Assembly: GCA_946540735.1 (NCBI GenBank)
Contig: CAMNIN010000005.1
Location: forward strand, 43,953-107,952
Reading direction: 5' to 3'
Length of the DNA stretch: 64,000 nt
Origin: an uncultured Prevotellaceae bacterium
GTDB taxonomy: Bacteria; Bacteroidota; Bacteroidia; Bacteroidales; Bacteroidaceae
Shown: piece after piece, positions 47,519 through 54,555 of the stretch
How the letters are laid out: the number at the start of each line of letters is the position of its first letter
Numbering within the stretch: the stretch's first letter is position 1
Translations under genes and position numbers: made by a program
Notes under the pieces: generated by a model
The model's database searches: none
Seen by the model: the letters and a program-made list of their open reading frames with translations, nothing else
Told to the model about the DNA's origin: nothing

Positions 47519-48430
47519 TCAGAAAAGTTTTTGAGGATAGACACCCTCGTCGATCAGTTGCTGGATTCGTTCCACCACACTGGGTCTGTCGGCAGCGTAA
47601 GTCACGCCAAACCATTTACTTGTGGTATCAAGGACTTTCACCGTGGCTGTGCCCTCATTAATCAACTTATTGACCATCAACGGAATGAAGAACTCAGCCT
47701 TGAGATTCTCCATGTTCTTAGGATCACTGAGGAACTCCTTGAAATAAGCCTCACTATGTGTGAAATAGTCGGGGGTAAAGCCCCACATATTCATGCTCAC
47801 AGGGGTATTTTCTTCGACAGCCACCCATTCTCCCTGCTCGTCCTTATAGCAGATAGGTCCGTTGACTCTCATGATCTCCGTGCGCTCGACGACCGTTGTG
47901 AGGTTCTCTTCCTCATCCTTTGAGCAGATACCTCTTGCCACGGTGCCATTTTCCGAAAGCGTGTTGCCCACGCGGAATCCCACCATCGCATATCGGTTGG
48001 TGCTCCCCTCAGGAAGGTCAGCCAGGAATTTCCCGATGACCATAAAGGCGTCGCGGTTATAGAAATCGTCGCAATTGATGACACAGAACGGCTCGTTGAT
48101 CGCTTTTGCCGCCATCATGACAGCATGGTTTGTGCCCCAGGGCTTCACCCTGCCTTCTGGAACACAGAATCCCTCAGGCAGAGCGTCAAGAGACTGAAAT
48201 ACAAGTTCCGCGGGTATATGGCCCTCATACTTACTGAGGATTTTCTCTTTGAAATCCTGTTCGAAATCTTTTCTGATGACAAAAACGATTTTCCCGAATC
48301 CGGCTTTGATAGCGTCGTAGATGGAATAGTCCATGATGGTCTCACCGTTAGGTCCGAGTCCATCAAGTTGTTTCAGGCCACCATACCTGCTTCCCATACC
48401 GGCGGCGAGGAGTAACAATGTTGGTTTCAT
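47519..48430 (-). CDS. Sugar-phosphate nucleotidyltransferase-family protein
   Basis: I use the internal start MKPTLLLLAAGMGSRYGGLKQLD, which carries the G-rich NTP-binding loop. The protein is 303 aa. The specific substrate is unknown. Confidence 0.7.
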   Translation of the reverse strand: MKPTLLLLAAGMGSRYGGLKQLDGLGPNGETIMDYSIYDAIKAGFGKIVFVIRKDFEQDFKEKILSKYEGHIPAELVFQSLDALPEGFCVPEGRVKPWGTNHAVMMAAKAINEPFCVINCDDFYNRDAFMVIGKFLADLPEGSTNRYAMVGFRVGNTLSENGTVARGICSKDEEENLTTVVERTEIMRVNGPICYKDEQGEWVAVEENTPVSMNMWGFTPDYFTHSEAYFKEFLSDPKNMENLKAEFFIPLMVNKLINEGTATVKVLDTTSKWFGVTYAADRPSVVERIQQLIDEGVYPQKLF

Positions 48431-48497
48431 AATAACGAAATTTAATATAAGGTTGAATATTTCGTGCAAAAATAACAAAAAACTACCACATACGGCA

Positions 48498-48980
48498 TTA
48501 TCTCCGCTTATTTTTTTTCATCAGCTCATCGAGGAGCCCCCGACAAGCATCTTCAAGCAAGTCGATGACAAGTTCGAATCCCTGCTCTCCTCCATAATAA
48601 GGGTCTGGAACGGTATGGTGCATGGGGTGATGGCGGAGATAATCAGCCATACACACGATTTTCGCTTTATCATAAGGACTTCGGATTCTTGCCGCAAGGT
48701 CCATCTCATTCTCATGGTCCATGGCGACGATGAGATCGAACCGGTCGAAATCTTCCACCGTAAACTGCCTTGCCCTGCTGGTGAAGTCATAGCCATGCTT
48801 TTTGCCATGTGCCCTCATCCTGGGGTCGGGCAAGTCTCCCACATGCCATCCTCCGATACCAGCGGAGTCGACTGCGAAAACATGTTCCATACCCTCAACA
48901 GCGATAAGCTGCCGCATAATTTCCTCTGCTGCCGGAGAGCGGCAAATATTTCCCAAACAAACAAACAAAATGCGCTTCAT
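48498..48980 (-). CDS. Low-molecular-weight protein-tyrosine phosphatase
   Basis: The 160-aa ORF has the P-loop CLGNICRSP. The DP loop is VPDPYYG. Confidence 0.9.
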   Translation of the reverse strand: MKRILFVCLGNICRSPAAEEIMRQLIAVEGMEHVFAVDSAGIGGWHVGDLPDPRMRAHGKKHGYDFTSRARQFTVEDFDRFDLIVAMDHENEMDLAARIRSPYDKAKIVCMADYLRHHPMHHTVPDPYYGGEQGFELVIDLLEDACRGLLDELMKKNKRR

Positions 48981-49094
48981 GTCTCAAAACTATTTCTTTT
49001 ATTCTCTTTTTTCAGCTTCAGCAAGAAAAAGGCAGGAAAACCTTTGCCCTACTTCATTTTTTTCATTATCTTTGTACAAATTCTTGAGTTAGCT

Positions 49095-49952
49095 ATGGTA
49101 AATAAATCTCTTTCAAATTCCACATGGGCTGGCAGTATCTCATGCCAGCGCGTCAATTATACCACCAGAGTTGATTCTTCGAAGTTGAAGTCACCCGCCA
49201 ATAATTATGTTTACAGTCTTTTCGAAAAAGGCAAGGCCCGCATCAAATACAACAAAACCGAGATCGATGTTTGCGCAGGCGATCTTCTCATTTTTCCACC
49301 TTATATTAAACCCTGCCTCACCTGGAAAAGTGAAGAATACCAGGCTTTGTGCATGATTGTGAACGCCTCTTTCGTCTATAATTGTCCATTATCCCGGAAT
49401 GTTTTCCAGTCAGTCACTTTCTCTCTGATTCATGATACCGACCCCGTTTTACAGCTTACCCGTCAAGAGAAAGAAAAATTCAGATTGACCATGAGCATGA
49501 TTCTCTATCATCTGAAAGAAGAGCACACCTATACCATTGAGGCGTTGTATTCTCTTTACGGACTTTTTCTGGCCGATCTGATGTCAGTAATCAACAAGAA
49601 GAAATCGGAGAGTTTCAACAAGCATTATTACCAGATTTTCATTGATTTCAACAAATTGCTGCGCACTCATTTCAGATACCATCACGAAATCTCGTTCTAC
49701 GCAGACCAGTTGAAAATTTCAAGTCGCTATCTCTCCTTGGTGACCAAGCAAATCGCACATACCACGGTATCGACATATATCAACCGCCTGCTGATGCTTG
49801 AAGCCTGCTGGCTCTTGAAGAACACGGACTACAGCATTCAGAAAATCAGCGATACTCTGCACTTCTCAGACCAGGCCTCGTTCTCGAAATTCTTCAAACG
49901 ATTGAACGGCAGCAATCCGCTGTTGTATCGTCGGGAGAATGAAGTACTCTGA
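49095..49952 (+). CDS. AraC-family transcriptional regulator
   Basis: The real start MVNKSLSNS is at 49095. The C-terminal double HTH is FYADQLKISSRYLSLVTKQ...IQKISDTLHFSDQASFSKFFKR. The 539-aa track ORF is an artefactual upstream extension across two minus-strand genes. Confidence 0.8.
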   Translation: MVNKSLSNSTWAGSISCQRVNYTTRVDSSKLKSPANNYVYSLFEKGKARIKYNKTEIDVCAGDLLIFPPYIKPCLTWKSEEYQALCMIVNASFVYNCPLSRNVFQSVTFSLIHDTDPVLQLTRQEKEKFRLTMSMILYHLKEEHTYTIEALYSLYGLFLADLMSVINKKKSESFNKHYYQIFIDFNKLLRTHFRYHHEISFYADQLKISSRYLSLVTKQIAHTTVSTYINRLLMLEACWLLKNTDYSIQKISDTLHFSDQASFSKFFKRLNGSNPLLYRRENEVL

Positions 49953-49959
49953 GCCAAAG

Positions 49960-50547
49960 TCAGATCATCCCTGCAATATTCTCCAGCAGCTCCTTTGTCG
50001 ATATATTCATACCCAAAGCTCTCAAGCGTTTACAAATGTCACAGGCCTGGGCTACGGTTTTCATTCTGAAGTTGGCTGTCATGGCAGCCAAAGCCTCCAG
50101 TTCTGTAGCAAACACATGATCCTCGGTATAAGGCGTTCTGGAGTTGCGAAGTTTATAGGAGATTTCCCAATATCCCTTCAACTCATCGCCAAGGTCGACC
50201 CATTCTTTATCAATGCTTCTCACCACTCCCACTCCAGGAATACAGGCGATGGCAGAGGTATCGGTGACCCACACTCTGTCGCCGACAGAGAATCTTGCTT
50301 TTGGTTCGACGTCAGGGTCATCCTCTTTTTGGTCAAGAAGGCACTGCTTCTCATTGTTGAAAAATCCATTGAGCACGGAGCAGTTTCCTCCTTCAAGTGC
50401 TTGCAACTCTTCTCTGAGCTGAATGATTTCCTCGTCCGAAAAATCATGTCTGAGAAATCCATGCAGAAGCAACTCCTTGTCGAGCCTGGCCTCAAGGTTC
50501 ATGTCTTTGACCGAATTTTCATTCTCTAATTCAAATATCTGGTTCAT
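49960..50547 (-). CDS. Hypothetical cytoplasmic protein
   Basis: The ORF is 195 aa from MNQIFELENEN. I recognise no domain or signal peptide. Confidence 0.4.
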   Translation of the reverse strand: MNQIFELENENSVKDMNLEARLDKELLLHGFLRHDFSDEEIIQLREELQALEGGNCSVLNGFFNNEKQCLLDQKEDDPDVEPKARFSVGDRVWVTDTSAIACIPGVGVVRSIDKEWVDLGDELKGYWEISYKLRNSRTPYTEDHVFATELEALAAMTANFRMKTVAQACDICKRLRALGMNISTKELLENIAGMI

Positions 50548-50728
50548 CTTTCCTGATCGTTTTTTCTTTGCAAACTTAATGAAAAAAAACCACATACGCT
50601 TTGTTTTCCTATAAAAAAAGTGAAAGATGGCATTAAAAAGACCTTTTCACTTTTTTTCCAAATAAAATTTGCATGGTTTACCATAAATAATTACTTTTGC
50701 AGAAAGATCCGCAAATCAAACAATCATC

Positions 50729-51550
50729 ATGTCAACAATCGACCAATACCTTAAAAGCAACAACACTCAAGAGCGGGAATATTGTCTATACTGGCTGACG
50801 GCCTTTGGCATCCAGTCTGTGGTCGATCTCAAACCTTCCGACGACCTATTCCCGATTATCAGCCGACACATCGAAGGCGAAATCGACATCAAACGGACGA
50901 AGCAAGAAATCCATCGTTTCTACGACCATTCCAAACAGGGCAGCGGTGATCATCATATTCATCGTGGTGAGGAAGCCGATCTTGTCTCCTCACGAATCGT
51001 GGAGATTTTTTTATCAAAAGATTTCGACCTCTCGGTGCAAGGATTCAGCAACGTTCACCGCCAAATGTTCCATGGCATCTATCACCACTCCGGCCAATGG
51101 CGTGAGCGTCCTTTCAGCAAGAAGGAATGGGTGCTGGGCAATTCATCTGTACTCTACCCCGATGCCAGTCTGATCGAAGACTTCCTCAACCACCTGTTTG
51201 AGCAAGAGAAGAGCATCGACTACTCCCGGCTGTCTGAGAAGCACAAACTGATGAGCTACAGCATCTTTATCTCCAAGTTGTTTATGATCAATGCTTTCCA
51301 GTACGCAAACAGTCGAGCTGCTTTCGTCTACGGCATCAAATACCTGCTCACTCAGGGGTACCATCTTCGCAACACCACTTTTACCAAGGAAGCCTGGTAT
51401 TTCCGCAATGCCATCATCCGCGCATTCTACACCAACATGCATCAGGGCATCTATCCTACAACAACCTTCATGGAGATGTTTTTGGGCAATCTGCTCAACG
51501 ACGAGGACAATGAACTGAGAAACCACCGCATGGTGATCAAGGGAGAATAG
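50729..51550 (+). CDS. Fic-fold protein with a degenerate Fic motif and a VbhA-like N-terminal region
   Basis: The 273-aa ORF has Fic core helices (VHRQMFHGIYHHSGQWRE). Where the HxFx(D/E)GNGRxxR motif should sit it has NAFQYANSRAAF. The N-terminus resembles VbhA-type helices (LKPSDD...HIEGEIDIKRTKQEI). Confidence 0.55.
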   Translation: MSTIDQYLKSNNTQEREYCLYWLTAFGIQSVVDLKPSDDLFPIISRHIEGEIDIKRTKQEIHRFYDHSKQGSGDHHIHRGEEADLVSSRIVEIFLSKDFDLSVQGFSNVHRQMFHGIYHHSGQWRERPFSKKEWVLGNSSVLYPDASLIEDFLNHLFEQEKSIDYSRLSEKHKLMSYSIFISKLFMINAFQYANSRAAFVYGIKYLLTQGYHLRNTTFTKEAWYFRNAIIRAFYTNMHQGIYPTTTFMEMFLGNLLNDEDNELRNHRMVIKGE

Positions 51551-51553
51551 CCT

Positions 51554-52294
51554 TCATCTTCGCACAGTTTCCACCAATCCATATTGCGCCCAGTTGCCAA
51601 GCAACTTGGCGCAATCTTTTTTTGCTACAGCCTCCTCTACTTCATACACCTCCCGGATGGCCTTCACCATGTCCGGCAAGGTGAAACACTCATGGTCGAT
51701 ACCATCCCACACTGCCTTAGCAGCCTCATTGAAAGCAATCAGATGGTGCATGTCAACGCTCTTCCTGACCGTGTCGACGAGAACGACCCGGTTACCATGG
51801 ATGGTGTCAAACCTACAATGAGGTCTAACCCGAAAAGACTTGGCCAGGTCCACTTGCTGACTGGCTTTTCCTCTTTGGCCTCCCCCAGACTGCAAACCCA
51901 CCATGCAAGCAACAATATGCGATAAAACCGTGTGCTCCACATTCTTGTTATGATCACCCTTCAGCGTCACCTCCTGTCCCCGTATCTCCACGATACGATG
52001 CATGACGTAGTGCCCGGTATCAATCTCTGCCAGCACCACGTCACCAACCTTAACCTTATCCTTTGCACGTAGAGTAACTATGTCGGTGTTGTCTTGGATT
52101 GTGGGCAGCATGCTCCGCCCCTTAGGAACCATTGAAACCTCATACCCACGAAGCAAATAGGGTTTCATCGAAGCGAAGAAACCTTCATTGTCGATTTTAA
52201 CAACCTTGCAGCTACCGGATTCCTGACAACGCTCACAACTTGTTGTAAACAACAACAGCAACCATCCAATGATGTAAAAAAAACACCTTTTCAT
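51554..52294 (-). CDS. Fusion protein: SipW/Sec11-type (Ser/His) signal-peptidase-like domain plus C-terminal PqqD-like (RRE) domain, with an N-terminal signal/lipobox
   Basis: The 246-aa ORF starts MKRCFFYIIGWLLLLFTTSC. Peptidase blocks are GRSMLPT, VMHRIV and KGDHN. The C-terminal approx. 90 aa (FNEAAKAVWDGIDHECFTLPDMVKAIREVYEV..AVAKKDCAKLLGNWAQYGLVE) parallels the stand-alone PqqD protein at 22087-22374. Confidence 0.65.
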   Translation of the reverse strand: MKRCFFYIIGWLLLLFTTSCERCQESGSCKVVKIDNEGFFASMKPYLLRGYEVSMVPKGRSMLPTIQDNTDIVTLRAKDKVKVGDVVLAEIDTGHYVMHRIVEIRGQEVTLKGDHNKNVEHTVLSHIVACMVGLQSGGGQRGKASQQVDLAKSFRVRPHCRFDTIHGNRVVLVDTVRKSVDMHHLIAFNEAAKAVWDGIDHECFTLPDMVKAIREVYEVEEAVAKKDCAKLLGNWAQYGLVETVRR

Positions 52295-52313
52295 CCTATC
52301 AAGTTTTAGCCCT

Positions 52314-52321
52314 CAAAGATA
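52314..52321 (-). promoter_or_regulatory. -7 promoter box (TATCTTTG) for the peptidase-PqqD fusion gene
   Basis: The reverse complement of caaagata matches TAnnTTTG 20 nt upstream of the ATG at 52294. Confidence 0.4.
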
Positions 52322-52383
52322 CAAAAATAAAAGGCAAGAAGAGAAAAAAGTAATTGAATTTCTACTTTGTCGGTAAAAATGCG

Positions 52384-52391
52384 TATTTTTG
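52384..52391 (+). promoter_or_regulatory. -7 promoter box (TATTTTTG) for the ATP-grasp gene
   Basis: It matches TAnnTTTG. The first in-frame ATG downstream is at 52474. Confidence 0.4.
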
Positions 52392-52473
52392 CACAATCTT
52401 TAATGAATGTTCAACAAAAGCCACTTTGCTGGCAATAAGATGGCTAAAGACTCAAAGCCAAAGACTTATAGAT

Positions 52474-53619
52474 ATGAGAGCTATAGACAAATTTTTAAAG
52501 AAAGTCGTCCTTGGGAGCGACAGACGGGTGCGTGACTTTTGCGAGAAGAAACCCTCACGTCTGAGATTCTACGAAAACAAGTACATGCCCTTGCAACTGT
52601 CATTTTTCAGATGGCACAACTATGCTATAGGAGACCATGTGCTCGGAGCCTTAAGAAAATCTACCGAAAAATACATACGCATCAATCTCACTCCAGAACA
52701 AATGGCCGACGTGAAATACACATCTAAGCTAAGAGATGATATCATCAAGTGCCGTTTGATATACAAGACCCATCCCACAGAGTATTTTTTGTATGGATAC
52801 GAGCATCTGGACTATTGGCAGCGTAAAGAATACCTCTCTGATAGCGACCGATGGCGGATTCTCCATGAGCGTTTCGGCAAAAAAGTGCATCGCGAACACG
52901 CCGACAAATGGTTCTTCTACCATCTGGCCCAACCCTATTTTCACCGGGAGGCCTGCAAAGTAGGAGAAGAAGCCAAGAAAGAAGATTTCCTTCGATTCGT
53001 TTCCCGTCACCATGATTTTTTCGTCAAACCCCTTGATGGATGTTTTGGACGTAACGCCTATCGATTGGAAGCAGACAGCGAGGAAAAAGCAGAAGAGATC
53101 TACCAAAAGCTGGTTTCAAACGGTGTGTGGATAGTAGAAGAACTGATCACACAATCCGAAGAATTCGCTGCCTGGAATGCATCGTCGGTCAACACCGTGA
53201 GAATCGCATCCTTCCTCACCGCTGAAGGAGTTCACCACAACATCGTCCCATTTTTCCGTGCCGGTCGAGTTGGATCCGTCGTCGACAACGCTTTAAGCGG
53301 CGGAATTATCGCCGGAGTAGACGAGAAGACCGGTGTCCTATGTTCGGATGGAATGGATGAGGAGGGCCGGCATTTCAACGCTCATCCCGACTCTGGAATC
53401 GTATTTGAGGGGTGGCAAGTACCAGACTGGCAGGAGTTATGCCGTCTGACCGAGGAAATACACCGCTCACTCCCTCCATATCACAGATACATCGCTTTTG
53501 ACTTTGCCCATACCGCAAAAGGATGGGTACTGGTGGAAGGAAACTGGGGACAACTCATCTTCAACCAATCAGGATGCCATCGTGGCGTCAGAAAAGAGTT
53601 TTTAAATTACATAAAATAA
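52474..53619 (+). CDS. ATP-grasp-fold ligase with a long N-terminal extension (putative peptide ligase)
   Basis: The ORF is 381 aa from MRAIDKFLKK. ATP-grasp blocks are FFVKPLDGCFGRNAY (Lys/Gly loop), WIVEELITQSEE, NTVRIASF and FDFAHTAKGWVLVEGNWGQ (Mg/ATP E-x-N). The track start at 52354 is a TTG upstream of the promoter box. Confidence 0.7.
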   Translation: MRAIDKFLKKVVLGSDRRVRDFCEKKPSRLRFYENKYMPLQLSFFRWHNYAIGDHVLGALRKSTEKYIRINLTPEQMADVKYTSKLRDDIIKCRLIYKTHPTEYFLYGYEHLDYWQRKEYLSDSDRWRILHERFGKKVHREHADKWFFYHLAQPYFHREACKVGEEAKKEDFLRFVSRHHDFFVKPLDGCFGRNAYRLEADSEEKAEEIYQKLVSNGVWIVEELITQSEEFAAWNASSVNTVRIASFLTAEGVHHNIVPFFRAGRVGSVVDNALSGGIIAGVDEKTGVLCSDGMDEEGRHFNAHPDSGIVFEGWQVPDWQELCRLTEEIHRSLPPYHRYIAFDFAHTAKGWVLVEGNWGQLIFNQSGCHRGVRKEFLNYIK

Positions 53620-53701
53620 GAATAAAGTTATCAAAAGACCTGCAACTTCCCCTATTCTGAATTTTTTTACACAATTTCTTTGGTAGTAACAAAAAAATGA
53701 C

Positions 53702-53709
53702 TAACTTTG
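53702..53709 (+). promoter_or_regulatory. -7 promoter box (TAACTTTG) for peptide gene 1
   Basis: It matches TAnnTTTG 47 nt upstream of the ATG at 53756. Confidence 0.5.
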
Positions 53710-53755
53710 TAGCGTTTTAAATAATTATATTATTAACCCTTTAAAAAAATCAGTT

Positions 53756-53887
53756 ATGAAAGCTATTTATTCAGAGCCGATGACAAAGGTTATGTCCCTG
53801 AACGTGAAGGCCGCTATCTGCGAGAAAGAGCGTACTGTTTCTGAGCCTGACAACACAGACAAGCAAGAGGACATGCCTCTGTTCTAA
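53756..53887 (+). CDS. 43-aa candidate precursor peptide, copy 1 (MKAIYSEPMTKVMSLNVKAAICEKERTVSEPDNTDKQEDMPLF)
   Basis: I found this ORF by hand because it is below the 60-aa track cut-off. It has its own -7 box and its own terminator. A near-identical inverted paralogue lies 469 nt downstream. It sits immediately downstream of the ATP-grasp gene. Confidence 0.6.
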   Translation: MKAIYSEPMTKVMSLNVKAAICEKERTVSEPDNTDKQEDMPLF

Positions 53888-53910
53888 TCCAATCGGACAA
53901 AGACAGAACA

Positions 53911-53937
53911 GCCAGACCAAACGGTCTGGCTTTTTTT
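53911..53937 (+). terminator. Rho-independent terminator of peptide gene 1
   Basis: The 8-bp GC-rich stem (gccagacc / ggtctggc) has an AAAC loop. A T7 tract follows. Confidence 0.75.
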
Positions 53938-54306
53938 ATCTTTAGTATTTTTCAATCAAGCAAGAAATCAAATTATCAAAGTTGGATCCACTTTAAAAAT
54001 CTTTTTCATCACATTTTGATGTCCGCAAGGTTCCTCTCTCCTTCGGAGGAGCGGAGTCTCTTGTAATGCAAATGTATTCATCCGACTTTTTAAAATAGAT
54101 TAAAGTATTACTTTAGAAAATACATGTAAAGTCTTACGTGAATTACAATTATATCAACCTTTACGGAATATTTAAAAAATTCCACTCTTATGGACATATC
54201 AAAACGAAGATATAGAAATCCGCTGACCCTGAAGGAAACCATTTAAGGTCATCCCTAAGGAGCAAAGTGCTGACACGATCATCAATGATTGCAAAGAGAA
54301 TACAAC

Positions 54307-54332
54307 AAAAAAGCCAGACCGTTTGGTCTGGC
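54307..54332 (-). terminator. Rho-independent terminator of peptide gene 2
   Basis: It is the same gccagacc/ggtctggc hairpin in inverted orientation. A T6 tract follows on the minus strand. Confidence 0.75.
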
Positions 54333-54355
54333 TGTTCCATTTCTGTCCGATTGGA

Positions 54356-54487
54356 TTAGAACAGAGGCATGTCCTCTTGCTTGTCTGTGTTGTCAGGCTC
54401 AGAAACAGTACGCTCTTTCTCGCAGATAGCGGCCTTCACATTCAAGAACATAACCTTAGTCATCGGCTCTGAATAAATCTTCTTCAT
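54356..54487 (-). CDS. 43-aa candidate precursor peptide, copy 2 (MKKIYSEPMTKVMFLNVKAAICEKERTVSEPDNTDKQEDMPLF)
   Basis: I found this ORF by hand. It differs from copy 1 at 2 residues (A3K, S14F) and at 8 nt, all within the first 48 nt. The last 81 coding nt plus stop plus 12 nt of 3' UTR are identical. It has its own -7 box and terminator. Confidence 0.6.
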   Translation of the reverse strand: MKKIYSEPMTKVMFLNVKAAICEKERTVSEPDNTDKQEDMPLF

Positions 54488-54547
54488 AATGGTTAAAATT
54501 TAAATGTATTAATACAGTTAATTATAATTGTGTTATGAAACACGCAG

Positions 54548-54555
54548 CAAAGATA
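54548..54555 (-). promoter_or_regulatory. -7 promoter box (TATCTTTG) for peptide gene 2
   Basis: The reverse complement of caaagata matches TAnnTTTG about 60 nt upstream of the ATG at 54487. Confidence 0.5.

Noticed and set aside
48333-49094. Upstream 254 codons of the 539-aa ORF 48333-49952 (+)
   Set aside because: This part overlaps the nucleotidyltransferase and LMW-PTP genes on the opposite strand and has no homology signal. The AraC regulator plausibly starts at the ATG at 49095.
52354-52473. N-terminal 40 codons of the ATP-grasp track ORF (TTG start)
   Set aside because: This stretch contains the likely promoter box (52384-52391) and has no in-frame ATG. The first ATG after the box is at 52474.
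54039-54055. UUCG-type tetraloop hairpin as evidence of a structured RNA gene
   Set aside because: The stem has only 4-5 bp and occurs once, which is too weak on its own. It is mentioned only as part of the spacer finding.
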